Assembly (NCBI GenBank): GCA_963729605.1
Contig: CAVSNY010000007.1
Span: forward strand, 160,001 to 224,000
Direction: 5' to 3'
Length of the DNA stretch: 64,000 nucleotides
DNA from: an uncultured Gammaproteobacteria bacterium
Lineage (GTDB): Bacteria; Pseudomonadota; Gammaproteobacteria; DRLM01
Shown here: positions 9,389 through 22,928 of the stretch, piece after piece
Layout: the number at the start of each line of letters is the position of its first letter
How positions within the stretch are numbered: the stretch's first letter is position 1
Made by a program: the position numbers and the translations under genes
Notes under the pieces: generated by a model
The model's database searches: none
What the model saw: only the letters and a program-made list of their open reading frames with translations
Told to the model about the DNA's origin: nothing

Positions 9389-11821
9389 TTAAAATAATTG
9401 CTCCGGAATGGCCGATGGCGCGGCGCCCGGTTGCGTGCCGGCGGCGTCGGACGTCGGCGCCGTCGCGCGGGTGGACGGGACGTTGTCGGCGAAAAAGGTT
9501 TCGAACATGGCGTCGTGCTCGCCCGGCTCGGCCTGTAAGCCGGTGCCGGGATCGATGCGCACCGACACCAGGCCCGGCGGCTGTTCCAAAGGCCGGTCCG
9601 GCACATCTTGCAGCGCGGCGCGCATGAAGTCGATCCACATCGGCAGCGCGGCGCGGCCGCCGGTCTCGGCGTTGCCCAGCGGCCGGGTGTCGTCGAAGCC
9701 GACCCAGGCCACGGTGGCCACCGCGGGGCTATAGCCGGCGAACCAAGCGTCGCGCTGGTCGTTGGTGGTGCCGGTCTTGCCGGCGATGTCGTTGCGGCCC
9801 AATTGCGCGGCGCGCTGAGCGGTGCCGAGGCGGATCACGTCTTTCATCATGCTGGTCATCAGATAGGCATTCTGCGCGCTGATCGCCCGCGGTGCCAGCT
9901 TGGCGGCGGGCGCGGTGCGGGTGATGAGATTAGTGGCGGCGGGGACATCGGCGCCGGCCGGGGTGGTCGCGGGGTCGGCGTTATCGCAGTCGGCGCAGAC
10001 CCGGGTCGGCTCGGCCTGCCAGAGGATTACGCCTTGGGCGTCTTCGATGCGGTCGATGAAATAGGGCGTGACCCGGTAGCCGCCGTTGGCGAACACGGTG
10101 TAACCGGCCGCCAGGTTGAGAGGCGTGACGCTGTTGCTGCCCAGGGCGAGGGACAGGTTGCGCGGCAAGGAGGCCTTGTCGAAGCCGAAGCGGCTGACGT
10201 AGTCGATGGCGGTGTCGATGCCCGTCGCGCGCAGCACCCGGATCGACACCAGATTGCGGGAATGGGTCAGCGCCTCGCGCAGGCGGGTGGGGCCGTAAAA
10301 CTCGCCGGAATAGTTTTCCGGGCGCCAAGCGCTCTCCAGCTCGGGGTCGTCGAAGACCACCGGCGCGTCGTTGATGACGGTGGCCGGGGTCATGCCGTGC
10401 TCCAGGGCGGCGGAATAAACGAAGGGTTTGAAGCTGGAACCCGGTTGCCGGAGGGCCTGGGTGGCGCGGTTGAATTTGCTGCGATAGAAATCGAAACCGC
10501 CCACCAAGGCCAGCACCGCGCCGTCGTCGGGTCGCAGCGCGACCAGCGCGCCTTCCGCCTCGGGTATTTGGGCCAGGCGCGCCCGGCCGGTTTCATCGAT
10601 CGCTAAGCGCAGAATATCACCGGGCTTGGCCAGCTCGTTCGGGCGGACCGGGCCGTCGCCCTGCATCCGCCGCGCCCATTCCGTTCCCTCCAATGCCACG
10701 GAGATGAGTGTGCCGTCTCGGAGCGCCACTTGCAGCTGGCGATCGGTATTCACGACCAAGGCGGGCACCAGACCGCCCAAGCTATTGTAGCTGGCCAGGA
10801 GGGCGATCCAATCCTCGGCCCCGGCCTGGGCCGGCAATTTTACGTGGGCTTCGGCGCCGCGATAGCCGTGGCGCCGGTCGTATTCCAGCAGTGCGTTGTG
10901 CAAGGCGCGGTTGGCGGCGGCCTGCAAACGGGTGTCGAGGGTGGTGTAGACCTTCATCCCGGTGGTGTAGACGTCTTCGCCATAACGTTGGAACAGCTCG
11001 GCGCGCGCCTGCTCGGCGAGATAAGGCGCCTCCGCCTCGATGGGCAGGCTGCTGAGCCGGGCGGTGTCCTTCTCAGCGATCGCCGCACGGTAGTCCTCTT
11101 CGGTGAGGAAGTTAAGGTCGCGCATGCGCCCCAGCACATAATTGCGGCGGGTCAGGGCCCGTTCCGGATCGGCGATGGGGTTATAGCGCGACGGGGCCTT
11201 GGGCAGGCCGGCGATCATGGCCATCTGCGCCACGCTCAATTGAGGCAATTCCACGCCGTAATACACCTGCGCGGCGGCGGCCACCCCGTAGGCCCGCTGG
11301 CCCAGGTAGATCTTGTTGAGATACAGCTCGAGGATTTCCTGTTTGGTGAACTGCTGCTCGATCGTGAAAGCCAACAGGATCTCGTTGAATTTCCGAAGAT
11401 AGGTTTTTTCGCGGCCGAGGAAGAAGTTGCGCGCGACCTGCATGGTGATGGTGCTGCCGCCCTGGGTCTTTTGCCCGGTGGAAACCAGGATCCAGGCCGC
11501 TCGCAACAGACCTTGATAATCGACGCCCGGGTGTTGAAAAAAGCGGTCGTCTTCCGCGGCGAGGATCGCCTGCACCAGGGCGTCGGGGGCGTCGTCGAAG
11601 GTGATGGGGGTGCGCTTCATCTCCCCGTATTCGGCCAATAATTTGTGGTCCGAGGTATACACCCGCAAGGGGACTTGGTAGCGTACGTCCCGCAACGCCT
11701 CGGGGGAGGGAAGTTGGGGGGCCAGGTAGAAGTAGAGGGAGGCGGCGGCGATCCCGCCGATCAACAGCAGCCCCGCTAGAACGATCGCACCCAGGCGGGC
11801 CGCTTTTGAAAAAAATGTCAT
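9389..11821 (-). CDS. mrcA: Penicillin-binding protein 1A
   Basis: Transglycosylase motifs EDDRFF and GGSTITMQVARN; transpeptidase motifs SSFK, SRN and KTG; divergent from pilM. Confidence 0.96.
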   Translation of the reverse strand: MTFFSKAARLGAIVLAGLLLIGGIAAASLYFYLAPQLPSPEALRDVRYQVPLRVYTSDHKLLAEYGEMKRTPITFDDAPDALVQAILAAEDDRFFQHPGVDYQGLLRAAWILVSTGQKTQGGSTITMQVARNFFLGREKTYLRKFNEILLAFTIEQQFTKQEILELYLNKIYLGQRAYGVAAAAQVYYGVELPQLSVAQMAMIAGLPKAPSRYNPIADPERALTRRNYVLGRMRDLNFLTEEDYRAAIAEKDTARLSSLPIEAEAPYLAEQARAELFQRYGEDVYTTGMKVYTTLDTRLQAAANRALHNALLEYDRRHGYRGAEAHVKLPAQAGAEDWIALLASYNSLGGLVPALVVNTDRQLQVALRDGTLISVALEGTEWARRMQGDGPVRPNELAKPGDILRLAIDETGRARLAQIPEAEGALVALRPDDGAVLALVGGFDFYRSKFNRATQALRQPGSSFKPFVYSAALEHGMTPATVINDAPVVFDDPELESAWRPENYSGEFYGPTRLREALTHSRNLVSIRVLRATGIDTAIDYVSRFGFDKASLPRNLSLALGSNSVTPLNLAAGYTVFANGGYRVTPYFIDRIEDAQGVILWQAEPTRVCADCDNADPATTPAGADVPAATNLITRTAPAAKLAPRAISAQNAYLMTSMMKDVIRLGTAQRAAQLGRNDIAGKTGTTNDQRDAWFAGYSPAVATVAWVGFDDTRPLGNAETGGRAALPMWIDFMRAALQDVPDRPLEQPPGLVSVRIDPGTGLQAEPGEHDAMFETFFADNVPSTRATAPTSDAAGTQPGAAPSAIPEQLF

Positions 11822-11965
11822 TGCTCGGGAGATGGCTGTGAACTGCGTTAAGTTAAAGTAGATTAAGGTTTAGTATAAAGGTTCCGATATAACGAAGCGA
11901 ACCGAGTTGTGTTCCTTACGCTTATTTATTATGGTTGAGTGCGGGAATTTACGTGCTGAGGATAA

Positions 11966-13634
<1,669 letters not shown>

Positions 13635-13638
<4 letters not shown>

Positions 13639-14234
13639 CGTTCGAAGAACTAAAACAGCAGTTACAAGGACTGGATTTCAGCGACATCGCCAATTGGCCG
13701 GTGTTCGCGAAAGTCGGCGCCGTGGTGATCCTCTGCGGCGTGGTGCTGGGCGCGGGATTCTGGTTCGATACGCGCGGCCAACTGGATCAACTGGAAGCGG
13801 CCGAGAAACAAGAGGCCGAGTTCAAGCAGAGTTTTGAAAGCAAGCAGCACAAGGCCGCCAATCTTCAGGTGTACCGCGAACAGATGGATGAGATGAAACG
13901 TTCGTTCGGGACCATGCTGCGCCAACTGCCTTCCAAAACCGAAATTGCCGAATTGCTGGTCGACATCTCGCAAACCGGCTTGAGCAACGGTCTGGAGTTC
14001 GAATTGTTCAAACCGGATGCGGACAAACCCGCCGAGTTTTATGTCGAGCTGCCGATCAAGATCAAGGTGACCGGCAATTATCATGAATTCGGCAGCTTCG
14101 TCAGCGGCGTGGCGCAGTTGCCGCGCATCGTCACCTTGCACGATATCAACATCGCCCCGGCGAAAGAAGGCGGCGATTTGACCATGGAGTTGACGGCGAA
14201 GACGTATCGTTATCTCGAGGAGGGCGCGCAATGA
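13635..14234 (+). CDS. pilO: Type IV pilus assembly protein PilO
   Basis: LRQLPSKTE, LPRIVTLHD and AKTYRY; ATGA overlap with pilN. Confidence 0.95.
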
Positions 14235-14800
14235 GCGGGTACGGCGCGCAATTTAAAAATGCAGCTTCCCGGTTTGATGTGCGGCGGGTGGCCTGGATGG
14301 GCTTGCTGAGTTTGGCGCTGGTGGCGTGTAGCGGCGACAATATGGACGACTTGCGCGCCTATGTCGAAGCCACCAAGGCCAAACCCGGCGGCCGGGTGGA
14401 ACCGATCCCCGAGGTGAAGCCTTTCGAATCCTTCGTGTATCAGGTGGCGGGTCGTAAGTCGCCCTTTGAGCCGTGGACCGCCAATACCAGCGGCTCGCGC
14501 AGGAATGCCGTGCCGGGCACCGGCCCGGCGCCGGATGACAACCGCCGCAAGGAGGCCTTGGAGTCTTTCCCCTTGGACACCTTGCGGATGGTCGGCACAC
14601 TCGCCCAAAAAGACGGGATGTGGGCCATTGTTAAGGCCCCGGATGGCCTGGTTTACCGAGTTGCCCGCAATAACTACATGGGACAAAACCATGGCCGGGT
14701 GACGCGGGTGAGCGAGGATCGGATCGACCTGACGGAGATCATCCCCGACGGGCTGGGAGGATGGCAGGAGCGCCAAGCAGGTTTGGCGTTAGCAGAATAA
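14231..14800 (+). CDS. pilP: Type IV pilus assembly lipoprotein PilP
   Basis: Lipobox LVAC, RKSPF, KEALESFPLD and YMGQNHG. Confidence 0.95.
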   Translation: MSGYGAQFKNAASRFDVRRVAWMGLLSLALVACSGDNMDDLRAYVEATKAKPGGRVEPIPEVKPFESFVYQVAGRKSPFEPWTANTSGSRRNAVPGTGPAPDDNRRKEALESFPLDTLRMVGTLAQKDGMWAIVKAPDGLVYRVARNNYMGQNHGRVTRVSEDRIDLTEIIPDGLGGWQERQAGLALAE

Positions 14801-14822
14801 TCCCAATAGGGGGCCAGATGTG

Positions 14823-16994
14823 ATGAGCGGAACACAACTGATGAGAGTGAAAATAATGGCTAGCGTAGGCAAACGAAGGGCGTTGCTGCATTACTGCACC
14901 TTGGTCGCGATGATGTTGGTGCTGAGTGCGCCGGCGCGGGCGGCCGACGGGGCGATGTCGCAATTGGAAGACGTGACCTTTCTGGCCTTGCCGGGCAACC
15001 GGGTGCAGGTGGAGTTGACCTTATCCGGTCCGGTGCCCGAGCCCAGTAACTTCGCCACCGACACGCCGGCGCGCATCGCCCTGGATTTTCCCGGCACCAC
15101 CAGCAATCTCGCCAAAAAGACCCACCCGGTGGGCATAGGCGCGGTGACCGGCATCGCCGCCGTGCAGGGCAAGGGCCGCACCCGGGTGGTGGTGGATTTG
15201 GTTAAGAAGGTGCCTTACCAGACCCGCATCGAAGGCAATCGCTTTTATATCACCATTGAAAGCGGCGAAGCGGTGGCCGCCAGTGCCGGCGCCCCTTCTT
15301 TGGGTGGTGTCGGCGCCGCGCCCCCCGCGCTGGGCATGCCCGCCTTTCGTATCAACAACGTGGATTTTCGTCGGGGTGAAAAGGGCGAGGCGCGGATCAT
15401 CGTTTCGTTATCCGATCCGGCCACCCCGGTGAACGTGCGCGAACAAGGCGGCAAGCTGCTGCTGGATTTCGCCGGGACCGCGCTGCCCAAAGAATTGGAA
15501 CGGCGTCTCGACGTGGTGGATTTCGCCACGCCGGTGAGCATGATCGACGCCTTTACCCTGGGTCACGATGCGCGCCTGGTGATCAGCGCCTCCGGGATCT
15601 ATGAACACCTGGCCTATCAGACCGATCGCCAGTTCACCTTGGAAGTGAAGCCGGTCAGCAAGGCCGCGCAGGAACAAAAAAAGAAAGAGGAGCAGGGTTA
15701 TACCGGCGAGAAACTGTCGCTCAATTTCCAAGACATCGAAGTGCGTGCCGCGCTGCAAATCATCGCCGACTTCACCGGCTTGAACATCGTCGTGAGCGAC
15801 ACCGTGCAAGGCGCCATCAGCTTGCGTTTGAAGGACGTGCCGTGGGATCAGGCCATGGACATCATTCTGCGCAGCAAGGCCCTCGCCATGCGCAAAAACG
15901 GCAATGTGATCCTGGTGGCGCCCGGCGCGGAAATCGCCGCCCGCGAAAAAGAGGATTTGGAGTCGCAAAAACAAATCACCGAGTTGGAGCCTTTGCGTTC
16001 CGAGCTGGTGCAAGTCAATTACGCCAAGGCGTCCGATTTCGCCGTGCTGATCCGTTCCAAGGAAAGTTCCTTGTTGTCCGAGCGCGGCAACGTCACGGTG
16101 GATGAGCGCACCAACTCGCTGCTCATCCAAGACACCGCCGGCCGCCTGGGCGAGATCCGCAAGGTGGTCACCGAGCTGGACATCCCGGTGCGGCAGGTGC
16201 TCATCGAATCGCGAATCGTGATCGCCAACGACGATTACAGTCGTGAACTGGGTGTTCGTTTCGGGGCGACCAGCATTCAAAGGAACGGCAATAGCGGCGT
16301 GGTCAGCCTCACCGGGTCGGCGGCCGGCAACGATACCGTGGTGGGAAGCGCGATCAACAATCTCGCCACCACCGGCCAGGCCTTCCCCGTGACCGCTCCC
16401 AGCCTGACCGACCGGCTGGGCGTGAATCTGCCGGTGGCCTCGCCCGCCGGCCGCATCGGCTTGGCGCTGCTCGGCCGGGATTATTTGGTGGATCTCGAAT
16501 TGTCCGCCTTGCAGGCCGAAGGGCGCGGCGAAGTGGTGTCCAATCCCCGGGTGATCACCGCCAACCAAAAAGAGGCCCTCATCGAGCAAGGCGTGGAGAT
16601 TCCCTATCAGGAAGCCAGTTCCAGCGGCGCCACCTCGGTGTCCTTCAAAAAGGCGGTGCTGGGTTTGAGGGTCAAACCGCAAATCACCCCCGATGATCGG
16701 GTCATCATGGATCTCAATGTGAGCAAGGATACCGTGGGTGAGATATTCAACGGCGTGCCCAGCATCAACACCCGCGAGATCAATACCCAGGTGCTGGTGG
16801 AAAACGGCGAGACCGTGGTGCTCGGCGGGATCTACGAACAGACCCGCAGTAACGAAGTGACCAAGGTGCCTTTGTTGGGCGATCTGCCCGTGTTGGGCGC
16901 CTTGTTCCGCAGCACGCGCACTGTCGACGACAAGGTGGAATTGTTGATTTTCATAACGCCGAAGATTTTGAAAGAGAGCCTGGGTGGTCGTTGA
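14823..16994 (+). CDS. pilQ: Type IV pilus secretin PilQ
   Basis: AMIN domains, LSLNFQDIEVR, VPWDQA, and a secretin C-terminus (KVPLLGDLPVLGALF, ELLIFITPKI). Confidence 0.97.
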   Translation: MSGTQLMRVKIMASVGKRRALLHYCTLVAMMLVLSAPARAADGAMSQLEDVTFLALPGNRVQVELTLSGPVPEPSNFATDTPARIALDFPGTTSNLAKKTHPVGIGAVTGIAAVQGKGRTRVVVDLVKKVPYQTRIEGNRFYITIESGEAVAASAGAPSLGGVGAAPPALGMPAFRINNVDFRRGEKGEARIIVSLSDPATPVNVREQGGKLLLDFAGTALPKELERRLDVVDFATPVSMIDAFTLGHDARLVISASGIYEHLAYQTDRQFTLEVKPVSKAAQEQKKKEEQGYTGEKLSLNFQDIEVRAALQIIADFTGLNIVVSDTVQGAISLRLKDVPWDQAMDIILRSKALAMRKNGNVILVAPGAEIAAREKEDLESQKQITELEPLRSELVQVNYAKASDFAVLIRSKESSLLSERGNVTVDERTNSLLIQDTAGRLGEIRKVVTELDIPVRQVLIESRIVIANDDYSRELGVRFGATSIQRNGNSGVVSLTGSAAGNDTVVGSAINNLATTGQAFPVTAPSLTDRLGVNLPVASPAGRIGLALLGRDYLVDLELSALQAEGRGEVVSNPRVITANQKEALIEQGVEIPYQEASSSGATSVSFKKAVLGLRVKPQITPDDRVIMDLNVSKDTVGEIFNGVPSINTREINTQVLVENGETVVLGGIYEQTRSNEVTKVPLLGDLPVLGALFRSTRTVDDKVELLIFITPKILKESLGGR

Positions 16995-17105
16995 ACGGGT
17001 TGCTAGTGTTGGCGAATCGATGAGGCCGATGTACGAAATTATTGAGCGGCGGATCAACGGGGCGTGCAAAAATTTGCCGTCATTTTTCGCTGCTGGAGGT
17101 CAGGT

Positions 17106-19282
17106 ATGCTGAACATGATAAAAATGACAGGGTTGTTTCTGATGATCGCCGCATTGAGCGCCTGCGGCGGCGGAGATGGGTTTAGCGGCGGGGGAACCAC
17201 AGAGCCCGAACAGCCCCCCAGTCATTCCACTCCGCGGTCACCGCGGCGGTCAGTCTCTCGACCAGTCAAGTGTCCATTAAATCGGACAATTCGGACAACG
17301 CCACCGTCACCGCCACGGTGCTGGACGCCAATAACGCGGTGGTGCCCGGCGTCGCCGTGGCCTTCAGCGCCAGCGGCGGTCAATCGACCGCCTCGGCGGT
17401 GCAGACCGATGCCTTGGGCAAGGCCACGGTGATCCTCTCCTCCGGTACCGCCGATCCAAGCAATCGCATCGCGACCGTGACCGCCACGGTCACAGGAATC
17501 ACCCCGGCGCAAATACCCGTCCAGATCAGCGGTTCGACTATCACCATTGCGACGAATACCACATCTCTTATTCCCGGTACCGCACCCACCGCGACCTTGA
17601 CCCTGACCGCCAAGAACGCGAGTGGCCAAGGTGTTTTCAATACCCCTTTGACCTTGAGTGTTGCCGGTGTTGGCGCCACCCCGGGTGCGGCCACGCTGTC
17701 CGCCACCACGGGCAATACCGATGTGTCGGGCTTGCTGGGTGCGACCATTACCGGGACCTCGCCGGGCACCGTGCGCCTGACGGTCACTGGCTTGGGCTTC
17801 ACAGCTATCCAGGATTTCACCGTGGTGTCGGCGGAAGCGCCTTCCAGATCACGGCCCCGGCCTCCAGTCCGGCCTCCTTGTCCATCGGTTCCAATCTCAC
17901 TGTCACGGTCTCGGCGCCCAGTTCAAGCACGGTCCGTTTCGTCACGACCCTGGGCGCCTGGGACGGCTCGGCCAACCCCATGGTGGTCAAGACGGTCAGC
18001 GGCGGGGTGGCCTCCGCCGTACTGAATTCGGCGGTTAATGGCGGCGTCGCCAATGTGCAGGTTTTGGATGGCAGCGATTCGACGATCCAGGATTCCACCG
18101 CGGTATTGATAGCCGCCCCGGCCAGCACCGCCACCGCTATCACCCTGCAATCGGATGTCAGTGTCCTGGCGCCGAGTACCGGCAGTTTGGCGAATCAGGC
18201 GATTTTGACCGCGACGGTGAAAAACGCCAGCCTGCAACCCGTCGCCAGCGCCCCAGTGATATTTTCCATTTCCAGCGCCACCGGCGGCGGCGAGTCCTTG
18301 TCGATAGCCTATGGGCTCACCGATTCCGCCGGCGAATCAGATCGACCTTCACCTCCGGCAATTTAGCCTCCACGCAAACGCGGTGTGGTGGTGACGGCAA
18401 CGGTGGTGGACGCTTCAGGTGCGACGATTGACTCCGATCAAAAGAGCATCGTGATCGGCGGTACCGCGGGGTCCGTGGTGGTGGGTGGCGGCACCGTGGT
18501 CGGTGAACTCGACCCGGCGACCTATTCTTATCCCATGTCGGTGCTGGTGGCGGACACCAACGGTAACGCCATCAGTGGCGCGGTGGTGACCTTAAGCGTC
18601 TGGCCCGCCTTTTACGCCAACGGCTATTGGCTGGATACGGATATCGATCCTTCTCCGGATCAAATTGTATGCGCGGCGCAGCGATTCGGCGCCTTCCCGA
18701 ACGAGGATATCAATGAGAATCTTACGCTGGACGCGGGTGAGAACATTGGACCCAACGAGGATCTGAACAATAATGGAATTCCTGATAGCGTGACCTATGT
18801 CGACAATGGAGTAACGATTGCTTTGGACGAAGATTTGAATGGTAATGGTCAGTTGGATACGGCAGCGGATGAAGATATTAATGGAAACCGCATACTTGAT
18901 GCGGTTGAGGACCTGGATGGGGATGGTTTCTTGGATACGAATGAAGACCTGAATAATAACGGTGCCTTGGATTCGGGTGAGGATCTAAATGGTAATCTGG
19001 TTCTCGATGCGCGCGTAACTGACGGCCAACTCACACCGGGCAATTCCGGCGGTAAGCGGCGCCGCCCCCCGCACACTGACCACCGACTCCAACGGGGTGG
19101 CATCCTTCAATCTGGTCTACCTCAAGGCCCACGCAGTCTGGATCAAGTCTCGCATCCGCGCCAGTGTCGAAGTCTTCGGCACCGAGACTACCGGTACTTT
19201 AAGTTTCTGGCTCCCGGCGGAGAGGACAGAGGCGGAAGATTGTCTGTTGCCGGATTCGCCATTTAATCCGGCGGGGCTGTAA
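17106..19282 (+). CDS. Ig-like (Big-1 type) lipoprotein with a C-terminal EDxNxNGxLD repeat array; split by at least 4 apparent frameshifts
   Basis: RBS GGAGGT, then signal peptide and lipobox LSAC-GGG. Thr/Ser/Val-rich beta-sandwich repeats (VTATVLDANN, TDALGKAT, LTATVKNAS) are pieced together from ORFs at 17064, 17270, 17878, 18385 and 19097. Confidence 0.8.
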
Positions 19283-19285
19283 TTG

Positions 19286-19325
19286 GAGAGCTGAAGGCAG
19301 GCGGTAAGGCCTGCCTTCAGCCCTC
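19286..19325 (+). terminator. Hairpin terminator after the Ig-like gene
   Basis: CTGAAGGCAGGC-GGTAAG-GCCTGCCTTCAG followed by CCCTCTTT. Confidence 0.7.
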
Positions 19326-19404
19326 TTTAAATCGTATTACCTAAATTCTCCACAAACTCTTTTGCCTTGCCTACTCCCCCGTCTCATAACGCAAGGATAG
19401 GCCC

Positions 19405-19935
19405 GTGAACACTCCCCGCAACATCTTCCTCATCGGCCTCATGGGCGCCGGCAAGTCCACCATCGGGCGGCAGCTGGCCAAGGAACTGGGCTGGGCCTTC
19501 GTCGACAGCGATCACGAGATCGAGGCGCGCACCGGGGCGAGTATCCCGCTGATCTTCGATGTGGAGGGCGAGGCGGGTTTCCGTCTGCGGGAAAAAAAGG
19601 TGATCGACGAACTGACCCAGCGCGAGCGCATCGTGCTCGCCACCGGCGGCGGGGTGGTGCTGGACCCGGAAAACCGCGCCCATCTGGCGGCGCGCGGGAC
19701 GGTGGTGTATCTCTCGGCGACGGCGGATCAGCTCTTCGCGCGCACCGCCAAGGACCGCAACCGCCCGCTGCTGCAAATCGCCGATCCGCGCGCCAAGCTG
19801 GAGAGTCTGCTGGAGATCCGTGACCCGCTTTACCGCGAGATCGCCGACCTGGTGGTGGATACCGGCAAACGCTCGGTGCGCACCGCCGAACGGGAAATCC
19901 TTGCTAAAATGCGCGAGTGCGGTCTGACGGATTGA
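19405..19935 (+). CDS. aroK: Shikimate kinase
   Basis: [23 protein letters not shown] and RPLL. Confidence 0.97.
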   Translation: MNTPRNIFLIGLMGAGKSTIGRQLAKELGWAFVDSDHEIEARTGASIPLIFDVEGEAGFRLREKKVIDELTQRERIVLATGGGVVLDPENRAHLAARGTVVYLSATADQLFARTAKDRNRPLLQIADPRAKLESLLEIRDPLYREIADLVVDTGKRSVRTAEREILAKMRECGLTD

Positions 19936-20085
19936 GCGCGGCCGAAATCCGCCAGGCCGCTAGACGCGGAGGACGCCCAGATGAAAATTTTAGGAGAGCT
20001 TGATCGATTCGCCAGATCGGGTGTGACCTAGGATAGGTCAACAGGCCCTAGTGTGTAGCGCGTCGTGAATTCAGGAACGGAGATA

Positions 20086-21390
<1,305 letters not shown>

Positions 21391-21407
21391 ACTTCGGACT
21401 CCCGAAT

Positions 21408-22581
21408 ATGAAAGATGCCCGACACAATGAACCGGAGATCGCGCCTTATGCCGCGGGACGGGAGCCATTCCCGCGGTCGGCGTCACTGCGAGCCGCCGCC
21501 GCACTATCGAACCGAATATCAGCGTGACCGGGATCGCATCATCCATTCCGGCGCCTTCCGCCGTCTGGAATACAAGACCCAGGTCTTCGTCAATCATGAA
21601 GGCGACATGTTCCGGACGCGTCTGACGCATTCGGTCGAGGTGGCGCAGATCGGCCGCACCACCGCCCGCACTCTGCAACTCAATGAGGATCTGACCGAGG
21701 CCATCGCCCTCGCCCACGATCTCGGCCACACCCCGTTCGGCCACGCCGGCCAGGACGCGCTCAATCATTGCATGAAAGAGTTCGGCGGCTTCGAACATAA
21801 TCTCCAGTCGCTGCGGGTGGTGGATAAATTGGAGGAGCGTTACGCGGAATTCAGCGGGCTTAATCTCACCTTTGAGACCCGCGAAGGTATTTTGAAACAC
21901 TGCGCCTTGAGCAAGGCCATCGAAATCGGCGACGTTGGTGAACGTTTTCTCCATAAGCGGCAGCCCAGCCTGGAGGCCCAGCTCGCCAACGTCGCCGACG
22001 AGATCGCCTACAACAATCACGACGTGGACGACGGTTTGCGCTCCGGACTGATAAATCTGGAGCAGCTGCAAGAAATCCGGCTGTTCCATGAGCGATACGA
22101 GGCGGTCAAGCGCGCCTACCCGGACTTGTCGCAGCGGCGGACGATCCATGAAGTGGTGCGGCGCATGATCAATATCCAGGTCACCGACTTGGTGGAATCC
22201 AGCCGCCGGCGATTGTCGGCCGCGGCTCCCTGCGACATCGACGCGGTGCGCGCGCAGGCGGCGCCTTTGATCGGTTTCAGCGATGACATGCGCGAGCAGA
22301 ATCTGGAGCTGAAGCGTTTCCTGCGCAAACACCTCTATCAGCATTACCGGGTGCGGCGCATGAGCGCCAAGGCGCAGCGGGTGATCCGCGCCTTGTTCGA
22401 GGTCTTCATGGAAGATTCGCAACTGTTGCCGCCGGAGTACGCGCTGCACAGCGCGCGCCTGCACGATAAACACGGCGAGGCGGGCCACGCCCGCGCCTGC
22501 GCCGATTACATCGCCGGCATGACCGACCGTTACGCCATCGCCGAATACGAGCGGGTACTCAATCCCGCGCAATTGACGTAA
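21408..22581 (+). CDS. dgt: Deoxyguanosinetriphosphate triphosphohydrolase-like HD protein (probable frameshift near 21460)
   Basis: [39 protein letters not shown] and DYIAGMTD; the N-terminal IAPYAA lies in another frame. Confidence 0.93.
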
Positions 22582-22613
22582 CATGCCGCATAGCGTGAGC
22601 GGGCACGAATTGT

Positions 22614-22874
22614 ATGCGTATTTATCTCCAAATACCGGCGAGCGAGGATAATCCGCCGCGTTATTGCCAGTTTATATTGCAGGAAGATTTATTGGGCGGC
22701 TGGACGCTGGTCAAGGAAGCGGGACGGCAGGACGGCGGCGGGCGGATCAAGCGTGAATATTATGGCAGCCGCGACGAGGCGGAGCGCGCGCTGATGAAGG
22801 CGCGAGATGTCCAAGTGGCGCGCGGCTATCAAGTCGTGTTCGTGCAAGGCGAACGCCCGGTCCAGGGCCGCTGA
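22614..22874 (+). CDS. WGR-like domain small protein
   Basis: RY..ILQEDLLGGWTLVKEAGR..GGG...RGY pattern; the WGR motif reads AGR. Confidence 0.7.
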   Translation: MRIYLQIPASEDNPPRYCQFILQEDLLGGWTLVKEAGRQDGGGRIKREYYGSRDEAERALMKARDVQVARGYQVVFVQGERPVQGR

Positions 22875-22928
22875 AGCGGCCGCCGCGGCTCCCGCGTTTT
22901 GACAGCGGCATCACAGCGAGGTGAGGAT

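Noticed and set aside
18700-19010. Periodic sequence considered as a CRISPR array
   Set aside because: The periodicity is at protein level; there are no identical DNA repeats with spacers and no cas genes in the window
21408-22581. dGTPase as an anti-phage defence system
   Set aside because: Short housekeeping-type dgt in its usual position after aroB, with host-like composition
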